A stretch of DNA of 64,000 nt from the human T2T-CHM13v2.0 reference genome, Homo sapiens, in NCBI RefSeq assembly GCF_009914755.1, contig NC_060944.1, one strand, 5' to 3'. How positions within the stretch are numbered: position 1 is the stretch's first letter; the number at the start of each line of letters is the position of its first letter. Below, one piece after another: positions 45,854 through 59,802 of the stretch. The position numbers and the translations under genes were made by a program. The notes under the pieces were generated by a model that ran no database searches, was not told where the DNA came from, and worked only from the letters and a program-made list of their open reading frames with translations.

Positions 45854-46182
45854 TATATCCACACAATGGAATACCACTCAGCCATGAAAAGGAAAGAACT
45901 TCGGATCCATGCAATAACATGTATGAGTCTCAAAAGCATCCTGAACTGAAAAAGTCAGGCCCACGAGAGTAGATACTGTGTGATTCCTTTTCTATGAAGT
46001 TCTAGAAATGACAAACCCAAGCTGTAGTGACAGAACCCAGACCATGATTTCTGGGGACTAGGAATGGCAGTAAGGATTGGCTGAGAGAAGCGCAGGTTCT
46101 TTCTGAGCTAAGGTAAATGTTCTGTATCTTAAGCGTGGTGGTGTTTTCGCAGATGTAGGCATTTGTCAAAAGTCATCGAACT

Positions 46183-46341
46183 GGCTGGGCGTGGTGGCCC
46201 ACGCCTGTAATTACAGCACTTTGGGATGCCGAGGCAGGCAGGTCACCTGAGGCCAGGAGTTTGAGACCAGCCGTGCCATTGTGCTCCACCCTGGGCAACA
46301 AGAGTGAAACTCTGTCTCAAAAAAAAGAAAAAAAAAACAAA
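46183..46341 (+). mobile_element. Internally deleted Alu (left-arm 5' part fused to right-arm 3' end)
   Basis: ..TTTGAGACCAGCC|GTGCCATTGTGCTCCACCCTGGGCAACAAGAG.. Confidence 0.85.
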
Positions 46342-46719
<378 letters not shown>

Positions 46720-48102
46720 TCAACAAGCTCTCAGCCTGATTAGGGGCATCATTCAATGATGTAATAAACCCCGAATATTTTCAAAGGTAAGAATTTTGTG
46801 GGTTTTTTTTAACTTTGAGATTATCTTTTAATTCTAATGTTACTCAATAATATAAAATAATTTATTTGACAGTACAAAATATTCACAAGCATGTGGACTA
46901 AGAGCAGTTGTCACAAGCCACTGGTAGAAGATCAGCCTGTCATTATCTTGTATCCAGGACCCAGCAGCTCCATTCCTAGTTCTGTCTTCTACATGGGTCC
47001 CAGGACACCTGCATGAAGATGTTCATTGCAGCGTTGTTTATAATCGCAAAAAACTGAGAGTGGGAGGAGACTCTGAATGTCCAGGAGAATGGAAAAAGTA
47101 TACCATTGTACGTAAATGAACATTAAATGGCAGAGAAGAAGGACCATGTATCAAGAGAGACATGTCTCAAAATCAGTGTCAAATATAAAAAGCAAGTTTC
47201 AGAAAGATACGTATTGGATAATATCATTTATAAAGTGTTTCTGAAACATGGAACATGTATTATACATTCTGTACACTTGCATATTTAAGTAGCAAAATTA
47301 TAAAAAAAAAACAGGAATGGGAATAAGGAAGTTACCAGTATAAAGATTACATTATGGGACAGTGCTGTGATTAGGAGTTCAGGCTTTGGAATCAGACGGA
47401 CTGGTTTGAATCCTGGCTTGGACTTAACTTCTCTGAGCTTTTGTTTCCTTACATGAAAAATGGGACCAATAATGGTATCAACCTCATAAGGCTTTTGTGA
47501 GGATTAAAGGAAATAATATGTATAAAACCCTGCACTCCGCAGTGTATTTATAAGATTTAGATGTACAGGAGGTATAAAGAGGTGACAATAAAACCACCAA
47601 TCTCAGGACTGTCTTAAATTAAGATTTTTTTCTAATTAAAAAATTAATTTTGGAATTATGCTCATCATAGAGACCGTGAAAATTACAGATGTATATATAT
47701 ATGTGTGTGTATATATATATATATATAAAGAAAGAAAAGAAAATTAACATGTCCCCAAATCTCCCTACCCTGGAAAACACTATAACATTTTAATGACTTT
47801 CCTTCCAGTCTTCTTTTGGCAATACGCATTCACACGTACTTAGATGAGGGGGTTCAGAGGAGAGGCGTGAATCTACACATCTCTCTGTCTATCTATGAGA
47901 AACATCTCCCAGCTTACTATTTGTATTCTGCCCTTTTCATTACCACTTGGGGCAGACTCTGTAAGTGTCTGAAGCAATTCCTTCTTCTTCTCTACCAACA
48001 TAACCCATTTTTGTTTATGTATTGGCCAGAATTCTCCTGATCTCAGGGAAGATGTATAGGGTAGTCATGTGATCTAGCTATGGCCAATTAAAAGTAAAAA
48101 TA

Positions 48103-48405
48103 GGCTGGGCATGGTGGCTCACGCCTGTAATCCCAACACTGAGAGGCTGAGGTGGGTGGATCACTTGAGGTCAGAAGTTCGAGACCAGCCTGGCCAACAT
48201 GGTTGAACGCTGTCTCTAATGAAAACACAAAAATTAGCTGGCATGGTGGTGCATGCCTGTAATTGCAGCTACTTGGGAGGCTGAGGCATGAGAATGGGTT
48301 GAACCTGGGAGACGGAGGTTGCAGAGAGCTGAGATCTCGCCACTGCACTCCAGCCTGGGCGACAGAACAACACTGCATCTCAAAAATAAAAATTAAAAAA
48401 AAAAA
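48103..48405 (+). mobile_element. AluS inside an MLT1J-like LTR (~47980-48780)
   Basis: Full dimer; MLT1 flanks (GGAGCTATGGCAGCCATT, GAGCCTGGGTCCTTGATGAC). Confidence 0.9.
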
Positions 48406-50040
48406 GCAAAATAAGTTTGATGTGGAAACTTTTAGGAAGGAGTTTTGTATCCTGATAAAAAGCAAGACTGAAGTTCTGCCCCAGTCCTGGTCGCACATAT
48501 CATTCTTGTCTTTGAATGAGACCATGATGCCAGGAGCTATGGCAGCCATTCTATGTTCATGAGACAAGCAGCCTGACGACAACGGCCAACACAATGAAGA
48601 GGATGGAGCAGAAAAACAGAAGAGCCTGGGTCCTTGATGACCCTGTTGAGGGGCCAGACCAGCCCTGAGGCCACTAACCTTCAGACTTCTTATAAATGAA
48701 CATAAATAGCCTCATGCTTGAAGGCACCAATGGTCTGACTTTCCATTACCTTGAGGCCAAAAGTATTGCAAATGCAGACTTATTGTAGAATTCTTGGAAA
48801 TTACACAATGTTTCAAAGAAGAAAATGGACATCATCCAAAATCTCACTACCTGGAGATAAACACTATTAAATATTTTGGTATATTTTCTTATTTTCTTCT
48901 AACCATAGAGAAAAGTCTTTCTTTTTTTAAAAGTGTATTGCTTGCTATTTGGCTTACTATTAAATTAAGTGTTTCTTTCCTTGTTATTAAAGAGTCTTTG
49001 AAAAGTTTATTTTTAATATCCATTGCTTGGATGTATTGTTACAACTGACACGTTTGGTTTGACTTCTGTCATGAAGATAAAACAAGAGGCTTTCTGTTTG
49101 TGGGTGTTTGTGCATTTTCTTTTCCTGCTTCCTTTGTTTCCAGCTTTTGCTATGTGGATTTTTCACTGTGCCTGAAAAAGTTCCCTTCCTCTAGCATTGT
49201 GGAAGGTAATTCACTCTTCACAGGACTCTGGATTTCAGATTTATAGTTTGAGGCGCATTTCCTTGATCCTTTTGAGAATCACACATTGCTGAGTCCTGAA
49301 TTTCAGCTCTTATAGGGGCGTTTCTTACCATTTGATGAGTAAATCTCACAAATGCCAGCTGTTGCTAGCTTACAAGGAATCAAGTACCGGAAGTTCTTTC
49401 TCCAAACTGGAGTGCATTCCCAGCACATCCTATGGGGTCCAAATCTCCCCATTTCATAATCTTTGTCAGGGAGAAGTGGTGTAGAGAGGACAAAAGGAAA
49501 GAAGTTTTCTTTGCTAGATCATAAACATGCTAAAGGGCAAAATTAATACAGGTGATACCCTTTTAGCAACACCTAAGGGAGTGAGCGAGGATAATTTCTG
49601 TGTGCTGCATCTTTGTGTCTAAAACATCATGTGCAATTGTTTTATTTGGTTCTCTCTGAACAATTCTTCCTGGACGCACAGGAGCCAGATGTGGAAAGGT
49701 GAGGCCAGAGGAGGCATAACAGATCGGTTGGCAGACTCTGGACTTAGCCAAGGGTTATGTCTGAGTGCATTCAGCTCAAGTTGGGAGCCACCTGGTTTGA
49801 TATTCCAAAAGTATTGGTGGCTGCTTTGCCAGAATTAGTTTTGTTTTGTTTTGTTTCTGATCCCCAGATGGAGTTCTGATGGCTAATGTGCACTTTTCCT
49901 TCAGTTACAAAAATTTAGAAATTAACCTTATTAGAATAAAATGCATCAAAATATAGGGCCTGTAAAGTCCAAGTAATTTCCCCTGAGATCAATCTTGATG
50001 CACGTTATATCCAAATGCAGATATATTAAATACCCTTGGA

Positions 50041-50350
50041 GGCTAGATGTGGTGGTTTATGCTCGAAATCTCAGCACTTTGGGGCCTACCTAGGCAGGAG
50101 GATCACTTCAACCCAGGAGTCTGAGACCAGCTTGGGCAACACAGAGAGATCCTCTCTCAAAAAAAAAATTAAAAATTTGACTGGGCATGCTGGTGTAGTC
50201 CCAGCTATTTGGGAGGCTGAGGCAGGAGGATCGCTTGAACCCAGGAGTTTGAGGATGCAGTGAGTTAAGGTCGTGTCACTTTACTGCAGCCTGGGTGACA
50301 GAGTGAGACCTCATCTCTAAAAAAAAAATAAAATAGTAAAATAAAATAAA
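50041..50350 (+). mobile_element. AluJ
   Basis: Diverged dimer; TSD ATACCCTTGGA. Confidence 0.9.
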
Positions 50351-51048
50351 CATACCCTTGGATTTAAGGGATTTGGCCACTTATTTATGCTTTTATTTAT
50401 ACTGGAAGAGAGAAGCGGCAGGAAACATAAGTACATGGGCAGTGGCTTGGGTTTCAGGAAAGTTAGGATTTGTGTCCCACCCTTACCACTTCCTAACTGT
50501 GGGATCTTGGGCAAATTACCTAACCTCTCTAAGCCTCAGTTTCTTCACCTTGAAAATGATATATAATGCTACCTGTTTTATAGGTTTTAAACTTTAAGGC
50601 ATGATTTATATTGATATATATTTATGTAATCAAATGCACAGTTCTTAAATGCTCTGTTCAACGAACTTTTACATTTATATACACATAACTAACCAGCACC
50701 TAAATAAGATATAGAACATTTCTAAGGCCCCATCTGGAAAGTTCTCCCATGCTTCTTTCAGTCAATGTCCCCCAACCCCAGCCAACCACTATTTCTATCA
50801 TCAAAGATGAGTTTTGCCTATTCTAGATTTTCACATAAATGTAATCATACAGATTACTATTTTGTATCTGGCATCTTTTACTCCACCTAATTTCAACCAT
50901 GTGTGTGTCAATAGTTCATTCCTTTGTGCTGAATAGCATTCCACTTAATGGGTGTACCACCATTTTTTATCCATTAATCTGTTGATGGCCATTTGAAGTT
51001 GTTTCTAGTTTGGGGGTATTACAAATAAACACAAATTTTAAATTTTGA

Positions 51049-51361
<313 letters not shown>

Positions 51362-51426
51362 TCAACGTATCTATTTTTAAAATACAATTAGCGCTTTTCA
51401 TGTCCTGCACAAGAAATTATTTTCCC

Positions 51427-51666
51427 AGATGTGAGAGTGATCTGGCTGTGAAATCTGTCACCTCATTGATTGGCAGGGTTGATTCAGCTGATCTGGCTGG
51501 CTAGGCAAGTGTCCCCTTCTTCCCTCACCACTCCATGTGTGTCCCTCCTGAAGCTGCACACTCAGTCGAAGAGCATGGCCATCCCTCATAGAGGAGGACC
51601 ATTCTTCGGTCAAGGGTATATGAGTAGTTGTGCTCCCCTACTAAAGCCTCCAAACAAGCTCTCAAG
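51427..51666 (+). pseudogene. RN7SKP33: 7SK snRNA retropseudogene, 5' ~240 nt, 3'-truncated, no poly(A)
   Basis: Colinear with 7SK from (G)GATGTGAG..GATCTGGCTG through ..CCTCCAAACAAGCTCTCAAG with many CpG-decay changes; flanked by a 17-bp TSD CAAGAAAT(T/C)ATTTTCCC (51410-51426, 51663-51679). The 7SK identity is clear; the locus number is from memory and unverified. Confidence 0.93.
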
Positions 51667-54600
51667 AAATCATTTTCCCTCCTCCCCAAGGTTTTCTTCC
51701 AGAAGCATTATGGTTACGGGTTTTGCATTAAGGTCTATGATGTAGCTGGAATTCAGTTTTGTGTGTGGAGTGAGATAGAGCTCAAGGTTCCATTTGTTTC
51801 TTCCATACAGATGTTCAATTGTTCTGGCACCACTTGTCAAAAAGATGTTATTTTCCTCCATTGAACTGACTTGGCAATTTGGTAAAAAATTGATTGACCA
51901 TAAAAGTGTGACTCTATTTCTGGATCTTCTATTTTGTTTCATTAATCTATTTAGCTATCCTTATGCCAATACTATACTGTCTTGGTTACCATAGTTTTCT
52001 TTACATTAAATCTTAAAACCAGTGTAAGTTCTCCAGCATTCTTCCTCCAGATTGTCTTAGTTATTCTAGAGCCTTTGTATTCCCATGTAAGTTGTAGAAT
52101 CAGTCTCTCAGTTTCTCCAAAAAGGACTGTTGCAATTTTGTCTCTCAGTTTCTCCAAAAAGGACTGCTGCAATTTTGATAAGAATTGTGTTTACTCTATA
52201 GATCAATTTAGGAAGAATAAACAACTTAACAATATAGAGTGTTCCAATCCATGAATATTGTATATTTCTCTCTATTTAATTAGATCTTCTTTAACTTCTT
52301 TATAGTTTTAAGGGTAGACCTCTCACAAATCTGTTAGGCTTATTTTTAGATACTTTATTTTTTTATACTATTATAAATAGTATTTTAAATTTTTATTTTT
52401 CAATTGTTGGTTGCTAGTATATTTTTCTATATTGACTTTTATCCTTTAAACTTGCTAAGTTTTCATTTTAGTCTTAGTAGCTCCTTTATAGATTCCATAA
52501 AATTTTCCATGTAAACAATTGTTACTTATAAGAACAACAGTTTCCCTTCTTCCTTTCCAATCTCTATGCCTTTTTGTTCTTCTTTTTATTGTCTTATTCC
52601 ATTGCTTAGGGCATCTCATATGATGCTGATTAGAAGTAGTAAGAAGGGATATCTTTGCCTTGTTCCCAGTCACAGAGGAAAGCATTCAGTCTTTCGCCAC
52701 AAAGTGTGGTGAATGTTGTAGGTTTTCCATAGATAGATGCCCTTTATTAGACTCAGGAGTTTCCTTCTATTCCTAGTTTGCTGAGAGTTTTTATCATGGA
52801 TGAGCGTTGAATAGCCAGATGACTTTTACATATATTGAGGTGATCATATGAATTTTCTCCTTGATTCTGTTAATGTGGCAAATTGCATTGATTTTTCTAA
52901 TGTGAAATTTACTTTTACATTCCCAAGTCAATCCCCATTAGGGCATGATATGTTATCTTTTTTGTATATTACTTGATTTAATTTGAAAAATTTTATTAAG
53001 GATTTGCATCTTTATGAGGAATACTGTTCTGTAATTTTCTTTTCTTGTGATATCATTTTCTCCTTTGGGATCAGGTAATACTAGCCCCATAAAATGAGTT
53101 GGGAAGTATTTTCTCCTCCTCTGTTTTCTGAAAGACTTTGTGAATCATTTGTATTATTTCTTCCTTAATTGTTTGATGAAATTCACCTGCGAAACCATCT
53201 GGGCACTTTTCTTTAAAGTGCTTTTGACTATGAATCCAATTTTCTTGTAGCTTGGAGCTATTAAGGTTTTCTAGTTTTCTTGTGTCATTTTTGTTAACTT
53301 GCATTTTACAATAAATTTTTCCATTTCATATAAGTTGTCAAATGTATTAACATAAAGTTGATCAAATATCACATTAATATCTGCCGGATAATTCTGATGT
53401 CCTTGCTTTCATTTCTAATATTGACAATTTGTGTTTTCTTTCAAGATTTCTTGATTGGTCTTGCAGGTTTGTCTCTTTATAAACTTTTGATTATGTCCAT
53501 TTTCTCAATTATTTGCTTACTACTTCATTTATTTCTGCTCTTATTTTTAAAGTTTCTTGTATATTCTTTGGTTTTATTGGCTCCTGTTTTATTAGTTTCT
53601 TAAGTTAGGTGTTTAAATGACTGATTTTATCCCTTTTATAATATAATTTCTAATTCATTTCAAGCTATAAATTTCTCTGTAAACATTTTTTAGCAAATCT
53701 CAGAAGTATGGTGTTCATTATCACTCATTTAAGAATATTTTCAAATATCTCTTGTTATTTATTATTTGTCTCATGACTAATTTAAAAGTATGTTTCTTAA
53801 TTGTGGAATATTTTGGTGTTGTATGGATATCTTTTTGTAATTGATTTGTAATTTAATACCTTGGTGGTAAGAGAATATATTCTATGTAAACTAATCTTTT
53901 GATATTTTTTGAGACTTTTGTTTTATGGCCCAGCATAGAGTTCATTTTTGTGAATGTTCTATGTGCACTTGAAAAGATATGTAGTTTGCAGTTGTTGAGT
54001 GTTTGTTCTATAAATGTCAGTTAGGTCAAATTGGTTGATGTTTTTGACATCATCTACTTCCTTATCGACTTTTTTGTCCAGTTTTTCTATCGATTACTGA
54101 ATGACTGTGTTAAAATATCTGGCATGATTGTGGATTTGTCTATTTCTCCCTTTCATTCTGTCAATTTTTGTTCCATGTATTTCACAGCTCTATTGTCAGG
54201 AGCCTACTCATTTGGGATTGTTATATCTTCTTCACTTGATCTCAGCCAATGGGCTAAGAAGTGATTGTTACATCTTCTTGATTAATTTACCCTTTTATTG
54301 TGAAATATTCACTCAAGACTAGAGCACTGTCATTGTGCTCTTTGCCTTGAAGTATATTTTGTGTGATACTAATATTGCCATATCAGCTTTCATCATCTTA
54401 TGTTAGTATATGTCCTTTCCTACTTGTCTGTCTGTCTTTATAATTAAAGTGTGTCTTGTGAACAAATTATATTGAATCTTGTTTTCTGAATCCAGTATAA
54501 CAATCTCTACCTTTTAACTGGAGTGGTTAGTTCATTTACTTTTAATGTGGTTATTGATATGATGGGCTTTAAATCTACTACCTTGGTATTTGTTTTCTGT

Positions 54601-55661
54601 TCATCTCATTTGTTCTTTGTTCCTCCTCCTCTACATTCTTTTGGGTAAAGCACATATTTTTTGGCTTTCTCTTTTATTTCTACTATTGACTTTAATTATA
54701 TTTCTTTGTGTTATTTTCAGTGACTGATCCACAATATACATTTTAAGGTATCTAAATCTATTTTCTAATAATATTAAACTATTTTACCTTCAGTATAATA
54801 AATTTACACCATAATTCCTTTTATACGTGTGTACTTGTATATATGATATCAACTCCACAATATCTTGCTATTTTTTAAATATTCAATGAACTTTTAAAAA
54901 ATTATATAAAATAAGGACATTTAAAAAGATATTTTACATTTATCTGAATATTGAAACTTTCTGGTGCTCCATCATGTATCATTTTCCCTCGGTCTGAAAA
55001 GATTTTCTTTTAGTGTTTCTTTTGGCTAGTGCAGATCTTTTGGAGATACAGTATCTCAGCTTTTTTTTATCTGAAAATGTCTTTATTTGACTTTCCTTTT
55101 TGAAACCTGTTTTTACTGGAGGTAGAATTCTAGGTTGGTAGACTTTCTTTTTAAATTTAAGCACTTTTAAGATGATCCACTTTTAACATTTCACTGACTT
55201 TTGTTCTCCAGTGGTACAGTATTAGGTATTACTTGTGTTATTTTTCTCCTGTATGCAATGTGTCCTTTTTTCTCTAGTTGCTTTGAAGATTTGCTCTTTA
55301 TCTTTGGTTTTTAGCAATTTAACTCTGATGGACCTACATGTAGTTTTCTTTGTGTTTATTTTGCTGGGGGCTCACTAAGCTTCTTAAACCTTTGGGTTAA
55401 TATCTTTCATTAATTTGGGGAGAAAAATTAGCTATTTTCTCTTTAAATATTTCTTCTCACACATTCACTCTCTCCTCAACTTCTGGGGTCTCTAGGGTCT
55501 CTGAGTTTTTCTCTCTTTGTGTTTCAGTTTAGATATTTTTTCTTTACGTATCTTCAGGTTCACTTATGTTTACCTTGGCTCTGCTCAGCTTTCAGTTAAG
55601 TATATCTGACAAACTCTTCATTGCTGATATTGTATTTTTTAAATTTCTAGCATTTTCATTT

Positions 55662-56257
55662 GGGCATTGGTGTGGGCCATGTGAAGACTGGCAAATACTA
55701 TGACGTTCTTCTCTTCCTCAATGATGGCTCTGGTTTTCTCCTTCTTGTAGAAATTCCGTATGGGCATTAGTGGTCTTGTCAGTTGGGTGGCCAATTTGAA
55801 CTCTTCACAGAACTGTCTCCCTTTTTGGGGCCCAAGGACTTCCTGGCAAAGAGGATAAGCTTACAGCAGTACTCCTTCAGCCATTGCACATTGGATACCG
55901 GGGACCCAGTGGACTTGTTCCACCTTCTTGGATCCATAGAGATGCCAATGGTCCAGTCTACCTTCTTATGGATGCCAGCCACCTTTAACTCTTCCAAGCT
56001 GAAGGACCTGCCAGCTCATACTTTGGTGTGATACCTTACTGTGGGGCATCTTACTACGGGCTGGATGGGTCCAGATGCAGGGCATGCTTTTGCTTGCCTG
56101 GATTTGAGTCTGCAGATCTTCCAGGCCAGCTGGTTGAACCAAGTAGCCACACACTGCTGCCAATCCTTATGGAAGTGAGTCTTCAGGATCATGCCATCCA
56201 GCTGAGCAAGATGGCTGCCTACAACCCTACTCCACAGGAGACCTGCTGAGCAGAAGC
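55662..56257 (-). pseudogene. RPL13P14: Processed RPL13 (ribosomal protein eL13) pseudogene; 5'UTR retained, start codon mutated, C-terminal ~22 codons and tail missing
   Basis: Minus-strand translation [62 protein letters not shown] matches RPL13 [62 protein letters not shown]; N-terminal [22 protein letters not shown]; intronless and frameshifted; ATG>ATC at 56210-56212. The RPL13 origin is clear; the locus number is from memory and unverified. Confidence 0.93.
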
Positions 56258-56677
56258 AACTCTTTTTGGTTCTTTTTAGAGTTTATATGTCTTAACCGTC
56301 TCTTCATGCATACTGTCCACCTTTTCTGCTGTAACCTTCAGCATTGTTGTGTGATAATGCTCACTTCTGAGACATTGCTGGATCTGTTTTCATTTAATGT
56401 GTTATGTTTTAACTTTTTTCCCTTGCTTTTTCATATGTCATATAATTTTCTTCTATATATCGACATTTTGTATAAAAGAACAGTAGAGAAAAAAATAACC
56501 AATTTTTGCCTCTAGAAAAGGGCATGTTTTTTCTTCTATCCACTGCTGGAGTGGAAAGGGGTCTTAGTCTCTCTGATGTTAGTTGAACCGTGTCTGGGCT
56601 TTATTGCAGTCTTAGCTTCATTCAGTTCACCATTGGTTTTAAATATGTTGAGGATAGGTCAGGACTTTGGGCTCTGA

Positions 56678-57184
<507 letters not shown>

Positions 57185-57516
57185 TAGAGCTGTCTCTCTG
57201 CCATGCCACCCACCCTTAAGACTTGGAGAGCTACAGCCTTACACACTCACTAAGGTCCAGAATGCCTTAGGAGAGTTTCTCTAAGCGCTCCTATCCAATT
57301 CTTAGCTTCAGGTGGCTAAATTACCTAATTTTTAAATATAAAATAATTAGTGTTTAATTAGCTTACATAGAAAAGGGAGGTTTTTAAAGTTTTTCTTTTT
57401 TATTGTTGATGTATATTTACATGCAACAAAATTCACCCATTTTACATGTATATTTTCATGAGTTTTGGCGATGATTTGTAGTCATGTAATCACTACCATA
57501 ATTAAAAAACCTTTTT

Positions 57517-57830
57517 GGTCAGGCGCAGTGGCTCATGCCTGTAATCCCAGCACTTTGGGAGGCCGAGGCAGGCGGATCATGAGGTCAGGAGATCAAGACC
57601 ATCCTGGCTAACATAGTGAAACCCCGTCTCTACTAAAAACACAAAAAATTAGCCGGGCATGGTGGCGGGTGCCTGTAGTCCCAGCTACTCGGGAGGCTGA
57701 AGCAGAAGGATGGCGTGAATCTAGGAGGCACAGCTTGCAGTGAGCCAAGATAGTGCCACTGCACTCCAGCCTGGACAACAAAGCGAGACTCCTTCTCAAA
57801 AAAAAAAAAATAACAACAACAAAAAAAAAA
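57517..57830 (+). mobile_element. AluY-like
   Basis: GATCAAGACCATCCTGGCTAAC; TSD AAAAAACCTTTTT. Confidence 0.93.
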
Positions 57831-58048
57831 CCTTTTTATCCCCCTAAAAAGTTCTGTCATATCCCGCCTTTGCATTCAGTCCTTCCTGTAACCTCCAGAC
57901 CCAGGCACCTCTGATCTCTTTGTCACTATGATTTTATTTTTCCTAGAATTTCATATTCATTGGATCATAGTATTTGTCTTTTATGTTTGTCTTCTTTCAC
58001 TTAGCATATTGTTCTTGAGACATATCCATGCAGGCGATATATCTCTGC

Positions 58049-58165
58049 TATTCATTTTTATTGCGAGTAGTATTCTATGGTACATTTATCACAAAATGTC
58101 CAAAGGTTGATGGACATTTTGTGATATCCATACCATAGAATACTACTCAGCAATAAAAATGAATA
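58049..58165. repeat. Inverted duplication (hairpin) within an L1M
   Basis: 54/55-nt arms around the 8-nt loop AAGGTTGA. Confidence 0.9.
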
Positions 58166-58593
58166 CCATTTCAGTTGCTTCCGGTTTGGAGCTCTTATGA
58201 ACAAGGCTGCAATGAACATTTGAGGAGGAGTCTTTGTGCGGATATAGTTTTTCTTTCTCTTGGATAAATTCCTAGGAGTAGAATGATGGGGTTGTATGAT
58301 AAGTGTCTGTTTGACTTTACAAGAAACTGTCAAATTTTTCCGTCTATAGTGGCTGGACCACTTTGCAGCTGCCTCAGAATTATGTGTGAGCTCTGGTAGC
58401 TCGATATTCTTGCCAATACTTGGTATTGTCAGTCTTTTTCATTTTAGCCATCCTAGTGTGTTATCTCATTGTGGTGTTAATTTGCATTTCCCTGGTGACT
58501 ACAGACAGCATTATTTTACATCCTTAAAAAGAATTGGTATGTCTGTGTTTCCCATTTTTAGTTGGTTTGTCCTCACGTTATTGATTTGTAAGA

Positions 58594-58895
58594 TTTTTTT
58601 TTTTTTTTTTTTTGAGACAGGATCTTGCTTTGTCATCCAGGCTGAGTGCAGTGGCATGAACTTGGCTCACTGCAGCCTCAACTTCCTCGGGCTCAAGCAA
58701 TCTTCTCACCTCAGCCTCCTGAGTAGCTGGGACTTCAGGCGACTGCCACTAAACCCAGCTAATTTTTGTATTTTCGGTAGAGATAGGGTTTCACCATGTT
58801 GCCGAGGTTGGTCTCAAACTTCCTGGGCTCAAGCAATCCTCCCACCTCCGCCTCCCAAAGTGCTGGGATTACAGGTGTGAGCCACTGCACCCAGC
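58594..58895 (-). mobile_element. AluJ
   Basis: Antisense dimer with GGGCTCAAGCAATC diagnostics. Confidence 0.9.
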
Positions 58896-59454
58896 CTCTG
58901 TAACAATTCTTCATATATTCTAAATACATTTTGTCATATACGTTTTGAAAATATTGTCTTCCAGGATACGGGTTACCTTTTCATTTTCTTTGTGATTCAA
59001 AGAGCAAAAGTTTTTAATTTTTATGAAGTCCATTTCATTAATTTGTTCCTTTCTGATTTGCACTTTTTAATGAGCTAAGTCCTCTTTGCTTAACTCCAGA
59101 TCACAAAGATTTTTACCTATGATTTCTCCCAGAAGTTTTATCATTTCAGCTCTTACGTTTAGATCTATGATTCACCTTGAGTTATTTTTATGCATAATGT
59201 GTGTGGTTTTGTTTGGTTTTGCTTTTGTTTTCTCATATACATACCCAGATCTTCCAGCACCATTTTTGAAGTTGCTATCCTTTCCCATTGTATTTCCTTG
59301 GTACCTGTGTCAAAAATCCATTTACTACAAGTGTGAGCCTACTGTTATATGCTGAATAGAAGTGGTGAAAGCAAAAAGCATTACTTTGTTCCTAATATGT
59401 GGGGAAAGTTTTTAGGATATGACCATAAAGTGATCATTTTAGCCAAAGCTTATC

Positions 59455-59802
59455 TTTTTTTATTATTTTACTTTAAGTTCTGGGATACATGTACAGAATG
59501 TGCAGGTTTGTTACATAGGTATATATGTGCCATGGTGGTTTGCTGCACCTATCAACCCATCATCTAGGTTTTAAGCCCCGCATGCATTAGGTATTTGTCC
59601 TGATGCTCTCCTCCCTTTACCCCTCACCCCCTGACAGGCCCTGGTGTGTGATGTTACCCTCCCTGTGTCCATGTGTTCCCATTGTTCAATTCCCACTTAT
59701 GAGCGAGAACATGAGGTGTTTGGTTTTCTGTTCCTATGTTAGTTTGCTGAGAATGATGGCTTCCAGCTCCACCCATGACCCTGCAAAGGACATGAACTCA
59801 TT
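59455..59802 (-). mobile_element. L1PA7/8-like 3'UTR, short 5'-truncated insertion
   Basis: TTTAAGTTCTGGGATACATGT..GCACCTATCAACCCATCATCTAGGTTTTAAGCCCCGCATGCATTAGG. Confidence 0.88.

Noticed and set aside
51781-51797. CTCAAGGTTCCATTTGT resembles the 7SK sequence just beyond the truncation point
   Set aside because: Lies in register within host L1 sequence of similar composition; most likely coincidence
55779-56163. RPL13-like ORFs as a functional retrogene
   Set aside because: Start codon mutated, frameshifts and deletions, missing C-terminus, heavy CpG decay
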